DNA of 64,000 nucleotides from an uncultured Flavobacteriaceae bacterium (GCA_964390865.1 CAYMKR010000002.1:840-64839), one strand, 5' to 3'; shown: positions 18,330 to 29,835, counted from the first letter of the stretch. Made by a program: numbers and translations. The notes: a model not told the origin generated them from the letters alone.

Positions 18330-19718
18330 TTATTTATATAAGAGGACTTTCATTTCATTCACAACCTCTTGGTATTCATTATTTTCTGCAAGATTGTTGT
18401 ATTCAACAGGATCGTTATGTTGGTCATATAATTCGCGTCCTTTTTTACCATAATTCCACTCAACATATCTCCAGTCTTTATTTTTTACCATTCTTCCAAG
18501 CATATCTCCTCTTCTCGTAACGGCTCTAACTTCTGACCTAAATTGCTTCTCAGGATCATTAACACTTGCAGCGAAACTTTTTCCTTCTAAATAATCTGGT
18601 ACATTTTTTAGGTTCATAAGTTCTGCTAGTGTTGGATAAATATCGACAAACTCAAACATTGAATTTGATTTCAATCCTTTTTTACCAACAGCATTTCCAG
18701 CCATAATAAATGGCGCATTTGTCCCTTTTTCAAATACAGTTACTTTATTCCACCAATTATGTTCTCCGAGATGATAGCCATGGTCACCAAAAAACACGAT
18801 TAACGTATTGTCTAGTTGCCCTGATTCTTTTAAAGCATCTAAAACTATCCCAACTTGTGCATCCATAAATGAAGTACACGCATAGTAAGAACGCAAAAAC
18901 TCACGTCTTTCTCGATCTGTAAATTTATCAAAGGTTACCGTTTCACTAGGAAGGGTATGCGAATAAGGTGCTTTCCAGCCATCTGGTAATATTGGAGGAT
19001 TACAATCCTCCAACGGATACATATCGAAATATTTTTTAGGGGCTATAAACGGATCATGAGGCTTTTTGAATCCAACTGCCAAAAAGAAAGGTTTATCTCT
19101 TTTTTCTTTTATCAATTCAGCGGCTTTTTTGGCAATTTGTCCATCTTCCTGATCTTCATCTGTGCCTTCTGTGGATTGCCACCAGCACCATTTTAATTTA
19201 CCATTTGTCATGTTTCGTTTCTCACCTTGTCTTCCAATTTCAGTAGTTTTAAAGTTGTAATATTCATCCCATGCTTTTGGATCTCCATGATCCTCCCGTT
19301 TGCCATGAAATATTTTGCCTAATCCCATGGTATGGAATCCATTTTGCTTAAATAAATTTGGCAAGGTTAACTTATCTCCTAGTAAAGGCCGTAATGGAGT
19401 TCTGTTATCAAGAATGTTAATAGTTTCTGGTCGTAAGCCTGTTAATAATGACCCGCGGCTGGGTCCGCAAACTGCAAAATTACAATAGGCATTATTATAT
19501 TGAACTCCAGAGGACGCCAATTTATCAATATTTGGAGTTTTAACCATGGGATGCCCATAAGTGCCCAATGTATTATTTAGATCGTCTATCATAATAAAAA
19601 GGACATTTTTATCTGTTTTAGCAACCTCTTTTGGTATCGCATTTTCTTTTTTACCGCAGCCTAATAGAATAATTAGAGAAAGAAGAAATGTTAGGGTTTT
19701 AAATTTTTTAAGTTTCAT
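18330..19718 (-). CDS. Sulfatase, iduronate-2-sulfatase-like, lipoprotein
   Basis: LLGC lipobox; VCGPSRGS, GKIFH, KPHDP and GDHGYHLGE motifs. Confidence 0.95.
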   Translation of the reverse strand: MKLKKFKTLTFLLSLIILLGCGKKENAIPKEVAKTDKNVLFIMIDDLNNTLGTYGHPMVKTPNIDKLASSGVQYNNAYCNFAVCGPSRGSLLTGLRPETINILDNRTPLRPLLGDKLTLPNLFKQNGFHTMGLGKIFHGKREDHGDPKAWDEYYNFKTTEIGRQGEKRNMTNGKLKWCWWQSTEGTDEDQEDGQIAKKAAELIKEKRDKPFFLAVGFKKPHDPFIAPKKYFDMYPLEDCNPPILPDGWKAPYSHTLPSETVTFDKFTDRERREFLRSYYACTSFMDAQVGIVLDALKESGQLDNTLIVFFGDHGYHLGEHNWWNKVTVFEKGTNAPFIMAGNAVGKKGLKSNSMFEFVDIYPTLAELMNLKNVPDYLEGKSFAASVNDPEKQFRSEVRAVTRRGDMLGRMVKNKDWRYVEWNYGKKGRELYDQHNDPVEYNNLAENNEYQEVVNEMKVLLYK

Positions 19719-19738
19719 AATAGTTGTGTTTTGTGAAC

Positions 19739-21079
19739 CTATTTATTATTTGTTTTCTTATACCAGTCATTGTATGATTTTAGCAATTCTTTTACTTTTT
19801 CTGGATGTTCGTTGGCGACATTTATTCTTTCACTTGAATCTTTCTTCAGGTTTACCAAAAAATAGGAATCAACCGTTTTTACAAGTGTTTTCTGAGAAGG
19901 GTCTATTGGATTTTTTAATAATTTCCAATCTCCCTTTCGAACGGCCCATCTTTCTTCATTGTCCCACCACCAAAATTCATCGTGTGGTGATGCGGTATTT
20001 TTAAGTATTACATCTTGCAAGCTCTTACCCTCAAAATCTTCTGATTTATAATTGATTTGAGCAAAATCTAAAATCGTTGGAAACCAATCCACATTAATAC
20101 CCATTTCATCCCGAACTTCATTCTCTGAAATCTTTCCTGGATAACTGATTATTGCAGGAACTCTAATTCCACCTTCAAAAAAAGAAAATTTAGCTCCTCT
20201 ATACGGTCCTGAACTTCCACCTCCACCAAAAGTTCTTTCTTCCATAGAATGTCCATGATCGGATTGGAAAATTATGATTGTGTCGTCTCGGAGGCCCAGT
20301 TCATTCAATTTTTTTAATAAAATTCCAATACGTTCATCCACAGTAGAAACTGCAGCCGCATATTTATCTCTAGGACTGTCTAAATTTTTATAGTACTCCC
20401 GCCATTTGTTGGTTCCTTGCAAAGGGTAGTGGGGTAAGTTTATAGCATAGTATAGGAAAAAAGGATTGTCTTTGTTTTCTTCGATAAAGGTCGTTGCCTT
20501 TTCACTGATCAAATCCTGAAAATATTCACCGTCCATCCATACTTCTTTCCCATTTTCCCATAAATCATGACGATTAGGTCCATTCCAATAAAAAAAGTGT
20601 GAGTAATTATCAATACAACCGCCCATATGCCCAAAGGAATAATCAAACCCTTGTCCGTTTGGTCTGGTTTCATCTGTATATCCTAAATGCCATTTTCCAA
20701 TATGGCCAGTGATATATCCATTCTCTTTTAATTTTTCTGCAATGGTAAGTTGCTCTGTTGGTAAACCTTTTGTTCCTTTTTTGGAAGGCGCATTTCCAGG
20801 TAATCCTGCAGCTAAGGGTGTTTTTCCAGTTAATAAAGCTGCCCTAGAAGGTGAACAGACCGCTGCTGCTGCATAGAATTGTGTGAATTTAACACCTGTT
20901 TTTGCCAACAAATCTATGTTCGGGGTATACAAATCTTTTGCACCAAAGCAATTTGCATCTATTGTTCCTTGATCATCCGTATAAATAATAATTATATTGG
21001 GAAGTTTGTTCGTGTTTTGTCCATAAAAACTGCTCGTATTCATTATCGTAATAATGAACATCCCCAATACTAATTTCAT
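19739..21079 (-). CDS. Arylsulfatase-like S1 sulfatase
   Basis: PNIIIIYTDDQG, VCSPSRAALLTG, GKWHLG and SDHG motifs. ATG 21079 preferred because it gives TAATG coupling to the upstream gene. Confidence 0.93.
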   Translation of the reverse strand: MKLVLGMFIITIMNTSSFYGQNTNKLPNIIIIYTDDQGTIDANCFGAKDLYTPNIDLLAKTGVKFTQFYAAAAVCSPSRAALLTGKTPLAAGLPGNAPSKKGTKGLPTEQLTIAEKLKENGYITGHIGKWHLGYTDETRPNGQGFDYSFGHMGGCIDNYSHFFYWNGPNRHDLWENGKEVWMDGEYFQDLISEKATTFIEENKDNPFFLYYAINLPHYPLQGTNKWREYYKNLDSPRDKYAAAVSTVDERIGILLKKLNELGLRDDTIIIFQSDHGHSMEERTFGGGGSSGPYRGAKFSFFEGGIRVPAIISYPGKISENEVRDEMGINVDWFPTILDFAQINYKSEDFEGKSLQDVILKNTASPHDEFWWWDNEERWAVRKGDWKLLKNPIDPSQKTLVKTVDSYFLVNLKKDSSERINVANEHPEKVKELLKSYNDWYKKTNNK

Positions 21080-21996
21080 TAATTTACATGTGCTTTTACC
21101 CATAATTTCACAAATATTGGTTTATGGTCAGAAGGATAAGTTCCGTTTACATTGTAGTCTATTTCCTCATACTCCAAGGCCTTTACATTCCCTTTGTAAA
21201 GAATCCAATCTATTTCTTTTGGATCACCGGTTACATTTGTATCGATAAAAAGATCAGCATCTTTTACACTTCCATCTCCAACCAATACTTTATGAGGATC
21301 ACTTCCAGGACGGCAGTTAAAATCTCCCATCAAAAATACAGGGCGGTCTGCAGTCCATTTTCCAAAACGATCCAAAGGTTTTATTTTTTCCATAATTAAT
21401 TTAGATGCATTTAATCTTTCTAAAGACGCAGCTCTTCCATTAAAATAATGCGTGTTAAATACATAGAATTCTTGGGTGTTCTCCCAGTGGCCTCTATAAT
21501 CTGAAGGGTAGTTATTTTCTTTACCTTCAGAAGGATTCTTAATAAATACAAAGCGTCCCCAAGTTACTATTCGAGGGTTTACATCTGGACCACTTCCTAT
21601 AACCTCGGGTGTTTTAGAAAGTGCAAAACTGTTTAATTCTCTCAATCGAAATTTATCACGCTTATAGAAAATTGCCATATGTTCATCGTCATCGCCTCCT
21701 TGTCTGCCTTCTCCAACTACCACATACTCTGGTAATTGCTCTGCCAAATAATCTATTTGTTCTTTTAAGCCTTCCTGTGTGCCAATGATATCCGGATTGT
21801 ATTTACGAATCATATCAACCTGCATGTCACGCCTTATTTCCCAAGATGGTTTATAGGTGGGGCTCGCAAACTTCAAGTTATATGTCATTAAAGTGATCTG
21901 ACTACCTTCTTCACCATTACTCTTTTCAGTTTGTGCCGTTATCATAGTAACGAAAGACATCAAACTAAGAATTATCAAATAGGTTTTATTTTTCAT
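21079..21996 (-). CDS. Endonuclease/exonuclease/phosphatase family protein (probable sugar-phosphate phosphatase)
   Basis: Signal peptide; MTYNL, DIIGTQE, NTH, MGDFN, IDWI and SDH motifs. Confidence 0.9.
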   Translation of the reverse strand: MKNKTYLIILSLMSFVTMITAQTEKSNGEEGSQITLMTYNLKFASPTYKPSWEIRRDMQVDMIRKYNPDIIGTQEGLKEQIDYLAEQLPEYVVVGEGRQGGDDDEHMAIFYKRDKFRLRELNSFALSKTPEVIGSGPDVNPRIVTWGRFVFIKNPSEGKENNYPSDYRGHWENTQEFYVFNTHYFNGRAASLERLNASKLIMEKIKPLDRFGKWTADRPVFLMGDFNCRPGSDPHKVLVGDGSVKDADLFIDTNVTGDPKEIDWILYKGNVKALEYEEIDYNVNGTYPSDHKPIFVKLWVKAHVN

Positions 21997-22095
21997 AAAA
22001 TATGTCTTTTAACTTCTTAGGAAACTCATGCTTTTTTGCACAAAGAACACCGTAATTGTCAAGCTTATTTTTGCACTTAAATTATGCTGTGTTCA

Positions 22096-22135
22096 TATAC
22101 CAATGCATACAACTTAATTTGTATGCATTGGTATA
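22096..22135. terminator. Perfect 17-bp inverted repeat (terminator or mRNA-stabilising hairpin)
   Basis: TATACCAATGCATACAA-cttaat-TTGTATGCATTGGTATA, about 30 bp after the Gfo stop; no clear U-tract. Confidence 0.6.
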
Positions 22136-22164
22136 AATTATAATTTGATTACTCAGTTGAATTC

Positions 22165-23499
22165 TTACAATTTAATTTCCCATCCCTTTTCATATTTTCG
22201 ACTCCAAAGTTTCATTGCTTTTTTGTTTAACATCTTCCCTGATTTATCAATATCGAATCCGTTATTGATACGATAAGCCACATTCGCATAGTGCACCATG
22301 GCCATACTTACTGAAGCATCGTCAATTGGGGCATTTAATTTTTCTTTTCCTCTGATTGCATTAAAAAAGTTTTCAGCGTGAATTGTGCTTGCAGAACCTC
22401 CACCACCTAAGGCAATTCCCGACTCTTTGGATGCAGATTTATAATCTTTGACAACTTTACCAGCCCTGTCATAAACGATATATTCATTTCTATTGACATA
22501 AACACTGCCTTCACTTCCATAAATGATAGTTCCTCGGTCAGACCCATAAGTGTCATAGCCATTTCGGCTTCTTCCATCCCATTTGATTGATTTGTTGTCG
22601 TTAAATTTAAATGTGGCATCCATCGTATCGTACATCTCCCAACCATCATCAATAAATTGACCTTTTATTGCATCTACATCAACATGATTAGGGAATTCAA
22701 CTTGCAGAGCCCATCTGGCAATATCTATTTCATGCGTTCCGTTATTTCCGGCTTCAGCTGTCCCGAAATCCCATCCATACCAATGCCAATTGTAATTCCA
22801 TGTTTCTGAAGTATATGCCCTTCGCGGAGCGGGTCCTTGAAAAAGGTCCCAGTCTAATCCACCTGGCACTGCAGCTGCTTGCTGGTTAGGTACTCTCCCT
22901 CTTTTATTTGTATAAAAGGCTACTGCCTTATAGGCTTTTCCAATAAGGCCTTTATGGATTTCATTAATAATCTCAATACTATGCGAGGAGGAACGTTGCT
23001 GATTTCCCATTTGAACTACGCGATTATATTTTTTAGAAGCTGTAACCAGTAATTCATTTTCATTCATATTATGACTACAAGGTTTTTCAACATAAACATG
23101 CTTTCCTTCTTGCATTGCCATTATTGATCCAGGCGTGTGCCAATGGTCTGGTGTAGCGTTGAATATTGCATCGACATTTTTATCGGCCAAAATCTTTCTG
23201 AAATCATTTTCTAATTTTGGTGAATAATCTATTATTTCAGAAAACTTTTTCGCAGCTTTTTCTAACTGACTTGGCATCACATCACATAAATAAGCAAGAT
23301 TGACATTATTTGATTTTTTACTCAAAGGCTCAGTATATCCATTTAACCTCCGTCCCAGACCGATAACGGCAATATTTAATCGTTCATTGGCACCAATTAT
23401 ATTTCTATAGCTTTTAGCCGATAATGTTGCTCCACCCATCATTAATCCAGCTGTTCCTAACGCTGTGTTTTGTATAAATTTTCTTCTTTTTTTATCCAT
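22165..23499 (-). CDS. Gfo/Idh/MocA family oxidoreductase, Tat-exported
   Basis: KRRKFIQ; IGLGRR, ATPDHWH, YVEKP and QMGNQQRS motifs. Confidence 0.92.
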   Translation of the reverse strand: MDKKRRKFIQNTALGTAGLMMGGATLSAKSYRNIIGANERLNIAVIGLGRRLNGYTEPLSKKSNNVNLAYLCDVMPSQLEKAAKKFSEIIDYSPKLENDFRKILADKNVDAIFNATPDHWHTPGSIMAMQEGKHVYVEKPCSHNMNENELLVTASKKYNRVVQMGNQQRSSSHSIEIINEIHKGLIGKAYKAVAFYTNKRGRVPNQQAAAVPGGLDWDLFQGPAPRRAYTSETWNYNWHWYGWDFGTAEAGNNGTHEIDIARWALQVEFPNHVDVDAIKGQFIDDGWEMYDTMDATFKFNDNKSIKWDGRSRNGYDTYGSDRGTIIYGSEGSVYVNRNEYIVYDRAGKVVKDYKSASKESGIALGGGGSASTIHAENFFNAIRGKEKLNAPIDDASVSMAMVHYANVAYRINNGFDIDKSGKMLNKKAMKLWSRKYEKGWEIKL

Positions 23500-23503
23500 T
23501 ATT

Positions 23504-24889
23504 TTAATTTTTTTTAATTTTTATATTTTTAAAACTGACTTCATCTCCGTGATCCTGAAGCAAGATATGCCCTTCCTTTGCTTCTCCAAAATTTGGCCAG
23601 TTATTGTATTTGCTATAGGCAACCAATGCTTTCCATTGCTGGGTCGTTCTTTTGTATTCTACTACCTTAATTCCGTTTAGATAATGTTGAACTTTCTTAC
23701 CCTTAACCACAATTCTTGCCCTATTCCACCCATATTCGTTTACTCGCTTTGGACCTTGATCAGGTGCATAGAATTTTGGATCTGCTTTTATCAGATCATA
23801 TAGAGAAGCCAGGGTGTGATTACCATTGACTCCGGCTTTTGCATCAGGATGTACCTCGTCGTCAAGAATCTGATATTCACATCCAATCGAGGACCCTTTT
23901 CCCATATTGAGCTCCGTATCTACAAAATATTTGATTCCACTATTGGCTCCTTTGGAATACTTGAAGTCTACCAGGAGTTCAAAATTCTTATATTTCTCCA
24001 ATGTTACGATATCTCCACCATGAGTGGACTCTCCACCATCAGCAGCTTCTACCTTTAACTCACCATCTTTAATATACCATCCTTTAGTAGGAAATTCTTT
24101 TATTTTTGATCCTCTCCATCCACTAGTGGTTTTACCATCCCAAAGTAATTTCCATCCCTCGCTGATTTCTCTTTTGGTTAAGGTGTTCTTTAGATAAGAT
24201 ATTTGTGGAATCCCATTGGATTCAGGAGTTCTATCGGCATCAAGATTTGTTGTTTTTATTCGTATGTCTTTATATTGAATTGTTTTTCCTTCTTTTTCAG
24301 CTTTTCCATCAATACCATGAACTTGAAGGGCAATAAAACCTGAAGCTGTCATGTCATCAATTAAGTCAACTGTTTGCACTCCATTGAGCCAAACGCGAAT
24401 ATTATTACCTATGGCTTCTATCCTAAATTTATTCCATTCTCCTTGTTTGAATGCTTGTTTCCCTTTAGGGTTGCATTCCAGATTATATAACCAGCCACGG
24501 CGTTGTTCGTCATAAAGACCTCCTGTCCATGCTCTTTTGGATGGATCCAATTCTACCTGATACCCATAAACTTTTCCATTTCTATATTCAGATGAAGAAT
24601 TACTCCTAATTTGGACACCTGCATTTAAATCCGGATCAATCATTGCCTCATATTCCAAAATAAAATCACTGTACATTACTTTGGTCGCTAAAAAGGTATT
24701 AGGTGTATTTAATTTGCTAATACCGTGAATAACTCCGTCCTGCACTTTAAACTCCGCAGTTCCATTGATTACTTTCCAGCCTTTTAGGTTTTTGCCGTTA
24801 AACAAATTTACCCAGCCTTCTTCAGTTTGTGCAATGGAAAAAAACTGTACAAATAGTAAGGCGGGCAGAAACCAATTTTTTAAATTCAT
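23504..24889 (-). CDS. Tandem DUF1080 (3-keto-disaccharide hydrolase) protein
   Basis: Two domains: [10 protein letters not shown]...NAGV...GYQVE...GFIALQVH and [10 protein letters not shown]...NSGI...EYQI...GHILLQDHG. Confidence 0.92.
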   Translation of the reverse strand: MNLKNWFLPALLFVQFFSIAQTEEGWVNLFNGKNLKGWKVINGTAEFKVQDGVIHGISKLNTPNTFLATKVMYSDFILEYEAMIDPDLNAGVQIRSNSSSEYRNGKVYGYQVELDPSKRAWTGGLYDEQRRGWLYNLECNPKGKQAFKQGEWNKFRIEAIGNNIRVWLNGVQTVDLIDDMTASGFIALQVHGIDGKAEKEGKTIQYKDIRIKTTNLDADRTPESNGIPQISYLKNTLTKREISEGWKLLWDGKTTSGWRGSKIKEFPTKGWYIKDGELKVEAADGGESTHGGDIVTLEKYKNFELLVDFKYSKGANSGIKYFVDTELNMGKGSSIGCEYQILDDEVHPDAKAGVNGNHTLASLYDLIKADPKFYAPDQGPKRVNEYGWNRARIVVKGKKVQHYLNGIKVVEYKRTTQQWKALVAYSKYNNWPNFGEAKEGHILLQDHGDEVSFKNIKIKKN

Positions 24890-24905
24890 ATTAAGTATTT
24901 TTTAG

Positions 24906-26165
24906 TTAAATATTGTATTCAGGCAACCATCTGACAGTTCGTTCTTCTCGCATGGCTATATTGGCTAAATGTACTGAAATAGCACTCTGATAACCGTCTT
25001 TCAAGCCCATAACAAGGTCTTTTTCTCCCTTAATAGCAGCAGCAAAATTTTCATATAACAACCAGGTGGTCTTCAAATAATTACTATCAAAAGGGCAATT
25101 TTTATTGATTTCTTCAACAGGAGTTATTCTTCTTTTTTTATCTTCGTCGTTCTTAATAATTTTAATGGTCGCTCCAGATACACCATCAATACCTTCTCCC
25201 CATCCTTTGTCGGAATCTCCTTCCGGATAAATAAAAGCCTCATCCATTCGATTAGTGACAATGGTGGCCTTATCGCCGTAAAATTTGATAGTCTGATCCT
25301 CAAACTTATTCGATAAAATAGAGCTGAACGAAGCTTTTGCACCATTTGGATAATCAAATATTGTATATACATTATCATATACTTCACGACCATCTTTCCA
25401 GTAATCGATACCTCCGGTTCCTATAACTTTTACAGGATGATCCCCCATGATGTTATCAATCATATTTAGTTGATGGGATCCTAATTCAGCCATTAATCCT
25501 CCAGAATATTCCCTGTACATTCTCCAATTAATCTGTCGCTCCAGCTCGGGAGATGGTAATGACCTTCGCCAATTGCTGTTTCTATGCCAAGATGCATCAA
25601 TACGGGTTATACGACCACAATGGCCATTTTGAATGATATCCTTTATGGCTTTAAATGTAGGGTTTAACTGATATTGATAAGATATTTGAAATAATTTGGA
25701 ACTCTGGTCGGCTTTTAATTTAATGGCTTTGGATTGCTCGATGTCATGTGCCAACGCTTTTTCACACATGATATGAACGTTTGCATCAAGAGCGCTCATT
25801 ACCATTTGATAATGTTCATTAAGTGGCGTGCTGACTATGATGGCTTCTAGGCCCTCGTTTTTCAACATTTTCTGATAGTCAGAATAGGCAGTTGGATTTC
25901 CATTTATACTTTCTTTTCCTTTTTTTAATCTGAAATCTAAAATATCACAACAGGCTATAACTTTAAAAATGGGTAATTCATTCAATACTTTAATGATTGC
26001 ACTGCCTCTATCTCCCATGCCAATTATACCAATTCTGATTCTTTCATTTTCCGGAATTGAAATTGTCGCTATTTTTTCATCACAAGATATTATTCCAAGT
26101 CCAAGGCCCAGTCCTGCCGATGCAATTGATGACCTTTTTATAAATTCTCTTCTTTTTTTATCCAT
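24906..26165 (-). CDS. Gfo/Idh/MocA family oxidoreductase, Tat lipoprotein
   Basis: KRREFIK plus IISC; IGMGDRG, CEKA and NWRMYREYSGGLMAELGSH motifs. Confidence 0.9.
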   Translation of the reverse strand: MDKKRREFIKRSSIASAGLGLGLGIISCDEKIATISIPENERIRIGIIGMGDRGSAIIKVLNELPIFKVIACCDILDFRLKKGKESINGNPTAYSDYQKMLKNEGLEAIIVSTPLNEHYQMVMSALDANVHIMCEKALAHDIEQSKAIKLKADQSSKLFQISYQYQLNPTFKAIKDIIQNGHCGRITRIDASWHRNSNWRRSLPSPELERQINWRMYREYSGGLMAELGSHQLNMIDNIMGDHPVKVIGTGGIDYWKDGREVYDNVYTIFDYPNGAKASFSSILSNKFEDQTIKFYGDKATIVTNRMDEAFIYPEGDSDKGWGEGIDGVSGATIKIIKNDEDKKRRITPVEEINKNCPFDSNYLKTTWLLYENFAAAIKGEKDLVMGLKDGYQSAISVHLANIAMREERTVRWLPEYNI

Positions 26166-26169
26166 GATT

Positions 26170-29100
26170 TTAATTTTTTTTAATCAATCCCATAATTATG
26201 TTACTTAAAATTTTTCCGGCAATTGGATCATATATTCCTTTATCTAACATCATTTCTGAAAGCACCACTGTACCGCCATCTTCAATAGAAATCATAGGAA
26301 ATCCTTTCATGGTTAACATTTCTTTTCTTCGATCTTTAGCTCTTGCATAACGATGCTCGCATGCTGATGAAAGCGATTTAATTGATGATTTTTTTTCGAC
26401 CTGTATCAGACCTGTGTATACTAATGGCTTTTCTGCTTTGTTATTATTAAAGTAGCGTAAATCCATATGATTAATTCCATCAAATATTTTTGATTCAGGA
26501 ATATCGATATGAGCTGTTTCTGTTGGTTTTTCAACATATCCACTAATTGACTCTGGGAAAATATCAACAAGCTTTTTACCTGAATTTAACAGGATCATAT
26601 TTGCTCCACTTTTAACTTTAGTACGAATCAGTTCTTGATCATTGACACTTAAATTTTTAAGGCCATCTAGACCAGAAATTATATATAAATCAGCTTTTTT
26701 ACTAAAGGCTTCTTCTACATTATTTGTTATAGAATAACCAACATTAATAAAATCTAAAAGTGCTTGTGTTTCCTTATTATAATCCACTAAAACAATTTTC
26801 TTCGAATCAAGATTTAATGCTTGCACCCATTCCTTTTTAGCAAGAATTAATTCATAATCATTTTGAGCTATTTCTTCTCCATCTATAGTAATGAATAATT
26901 TCAGTTTTGCATCTATTCTTGCACTACTAAAGTTTTCTGGAAGAACTATTTCGGGAGTAAGCCACTCACGAGAATAATGCTCCACCGCAGGCATTTCATA
27001 AGTACCTGAGCTTATTACTCGATTATCTTTATAAGTAATTTCCCATTTTAGGGTTGATGCAGCAAGGGTTTGACCATCTACTTTGTCGTTTACAATACAA
27101 AAACGAGCCAAAAGTTTTTCTCCTGCATAAAAATGTCTACCCCAAAGTTCAGCACTAACCAACACCGGGTTAAGCGAGTTTATCATTCTATAATAAGTAG
27201 GATATGGTTTTACATTTTCAGCATCGTATACATTCTGAAACCAAGTTATACTTGAGAAATTATGCATACCAGCTAGTTTATCATGCGTACGACGAACTGC
27301 CTCCACTGTTTCCGATGTTAAGAAAGCATTATTCTCTAAACTGTATTTCGGGTCTCCAAACGGATAAGCCTGATTACCAACATGAGTTTGGGTATTTTGA
27401 TGTTGCCATAAATACGAACGGGTATGATGACCCGTTTCAGTATTAGGATAACCTGTTGACCATTCTTGAGTAATCAATGGACGACCTTCAGTTTTGCGAT
27501 TCAAAAAAGGTTTACCTTTAATATTATCAAATAAAGAACTATGATACCAACCTGAATAGTTATGCCCATCGTCAATATCTCCATCATCATATTTTTCGAA
27601 GAAAGTACCATCATGCTTGTGCTTAACGCCTTTTCTGGTATAACCTGAATCAAAAGAAATAGGGCGAGTCGGATCAACTTCACGCATACCTTTTACCACA
27701 TCAGAAACAATACCCATTTTGGCTTCAATGCGATCTACACTATCTTTATTATGAGTAAAATTCATCTCGTTATTAATGGTCCAATAAAGTAAAGATGGGT
27801 GATTGCGATACCTTTTCATAAGACCTAACCACTCACTAGACCACACCTTTAATAAATCATCGCTAGGAATAGAATTTTCACCAACACCAATCATTAACCA
27901 AGGCCATGTTCCTTCGTAGCTAACACCTACCCCTTTTTTATCGGCTGCATCTAACCACACTTTGCTATATGGCAAGGTATGACTACGAGTTACCATAATA
28001 TTGCCATTATGATAAAGGTCAAATGTTTTTTCAGCCAATGCTTTATCGTTTATCCCTAAAGCATGTGGTGTCTGATTGGCTCCACGCAACCAATAGCGAA
28101 TACCATTTAAATAAAAGTAATCTCCTTTTGCCTCAAAGGTTCTAAAACCTGAAGTAATTATCTTACTATCAACTTGCTTAACGTTTTTATGCATTTGCAG
28201 CGAAAATGTAAAGTCATATAAATTTGGAGATTCAGGTGACCATAATTTTGGCTGAAGATCATTTATGCTATAGGTAAATACCTTTTCTTCTCCTGCTTGT
28301 AAAGTTAGTTTTGCCAACGACTCTGCTTGTACTAAATTATCGTTGTTTTCTTTGTCGTTTATGTTTGTGTGAATACTAAAAACACTTTTAGCATCAGAAT
28401 TATTCTTAACTGTTACTTCAAAATCAGCACCTGTTAAAGATGGTTTAATATAAACATCTTCAATTTTAAGTGGTTCAGTTATTATCAATTTTACCGGCTG
28501 CCAAATACCCGATGGATTGTCACGATAAAAACCATGTGGTAAATCTTTTAACATTTGATTGGTCACTTCCACAGTAACCGCAATAGTTGCTATTTCATCA
28601 GCATCACCAATGTCATCCACATAATCTTGCATGACCTTTACGGCAACTAAATTTTTACCTGGTTTCACTAATTTTGAGATATCAACATTAAATGCACCAA
28701 ACATACCAATATTAGCACCTGCTTTTGTGCCATTTACATATACTTCGGCCACTTTTGAAACCGCATCAAAAGCTAATTCAAGCTGTTTATTGCTAATCCC
28801 TTCAGGCAGCTCTATCCACTGACGATACCATCCAACTTTGGTTTTTTCATAATCAAAAGTGTAATTTTTACATCGGTCTGTCTCTTTCTGATAGTAAGTA
28901 TCTGAAACTCCTTTAGGATACTTTTGTTTCATAAAAGTTTCTCCATGTAACCAAATTCTTGAAGGATTCCAATAATTCGGCACATCAATAAGATGCCAGT
29001 TATCATCAGATTTCGCTAGCTCTGATGCTGATTTTTCATCCTCAAATTCATAGCCTGGCTTAAACAACCAATTCCCATCCAATGAAATTTCAGTACGAGC

Positions 29101-29835
29101 GGAATTAATAGTTGATACTACAATTGGATTATATTGATTTCGTTCTGCTTTGCGCTTAACTTCTTTCTCTTCGACTGTTAAATAGTAACTGTATTCATCT
29201 ACTTTAACTTCATCCAAATAATCGGCTGCTAAGGCTGTTACTTCAAGGTTTCTGAATTCCGTTTTAATCCAACTTCCACCAAGGGCAACCTTACCTGCAG
29301 GCAACAAATGAGCATTCTCATCAATTACATCAATGATGGGTTTATCTTGATTATTCAGGAATATTCGGATGCGATTTTTACAAACCTCAATAGTGAATGT
29401 ATACCATTGATCCAATGCAGGCTCAAAATCAAGATTACGAATACCCAGAAAAGCATCGTCGCCCATAAGGCCCATGCGACCAATCTCAATATCGTTTTGC
29501 AACCCCCCTTTAAAACCAACTAAGTAACGCTCGTTACGTCCTTGTTCTCTAAAGCTAAACCATATTTGAACTTGTTCTTCTGTTTTTGGCACTCGTGCCT
29601 CAAATGTCATCCGGTAATTTTCCCAATCGGCATTGCCAAAACTAGCATAAGCATCTCTACTAACAAGTGTTCCATTGGATAGAGAACATTCCCCTTTACC
29701 AATTTTTGTGAATCCAATATTTTCAAAATTATCTTTTGAACTAATTTTAATTTGAGCATTGGCTTTTGTTAATCCAAAAGAAAAAAGTAGTAAAACAAAT
29801 AAATAGTTGAATTGTGACTTATTATTTTTGATCAT
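26170..29835 (-). CDS. Glycoside hydrolase family 2 with N-terminal DUF1080/LamG-like domain
   Basis: ISLDGNW, GWYRQ, GIWQPV, LWSPESPNLY, GFRTF, RNHPSLLYWTINNE (acid/base) and ITQEW (nucleophile) motifs. Confidence 0.88.
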   Translation of the reverse strand: MIKNNKSQFNYLFVLLLFSFGLTKANAQIKISSKDNFENIGFTKIGKGECSLSNGTLVSRDAYASFGNADWENYRMTFEARVPKTEEQVQIWFSFREQGRNERYLVGFKGGLQNDIEIGRMGLMGDDAFLGIRNLDFEPALDQWYTFTIEVCKNRIRIFLNNQDKPIIDVIDENAHLLPAGKVALGGSWIKTEFRNLEVTALAADYLDEVKVDEYSYYLTVEEKEVKRKAERNQYNPIVVSTINSARTEISLDGNWLFKPGYEFEDEKSASELAKSDDNWHLIDVPNYWNPSRIWLHGETFMKQKYPKGVSDTYYQKETDRCKNYTFDYEKTKVGWYRQWIELPEGISNKQLELAFDAVSKVAEVYVNGTKAGANIGMFGAFNVDISKLVKPGKNLVAVKVMQDYVDDIGDADEIATIAVTVEVTNQMLKDLPHGFYRDNPSGIWQPVKLIITEPLKIEDVYIKPSLTGADFEVTVKNNSDAKSVFSIHTNINDKENNDNLVQAESLAKLTLQAGEEKVFTYSINDLQPKLWSPESPNLYDFTFSLQMHKNVKQVDSKIITSGFRTFEAKGDYFYLNGIRYWLRGANQTPHALGINDKALAEKTFDLYHNGNIMVTRSHTLPYSKVWLDAADKKGVGVSYEGTWPWLMIGVGENSIPSDDLLKVWSSEWLGLMKRYRNHPSLLYWTINNEMNFTHNKDSVDRIEAKMGIVSDVVKGMREVDPTRPISFDSGYTRKGVKHKHDGTFFEKYDDGDIDDGHNYSGWYHSSLFDNIKGKPFLNRKTEGRPLITQEWSTGYPNTETGHHTRSYLWQHQNTQTHVGNQAYPFGDPKYSLENNAFLTSETVEAVRRTHDKLAGMHNFSSITWFQNVYDAENVKPYPTYYRMINSLNPVLVSAELWGRHFYAGEKLLARFCIVNDKVDGQTLAASTLKWEITYKDNRVISSGTYEMPAVEHYSREWLTPEIVLPENFSSARIDAKLKLFITIDGEEIAQNDYELILAKKEWVQALNLDSKKIVLVDYNKETQALLDFINVGYSITNNVEEAFSKKADLYIISGLDGLKNLSVNDQELIRTKVKSGANMILLNSGKKLVDIFPESISGYVEKPTETAHIDIPESKIFDGINHMDLRYFNNNKAEKPLVYTGLIQVEKKSSIKSLSSACEHRYARAKDRRKEMLTMKGFPMISIEDGGTVVLSEMMLDKGIYDPIAGKILSNIIMGLIKKN

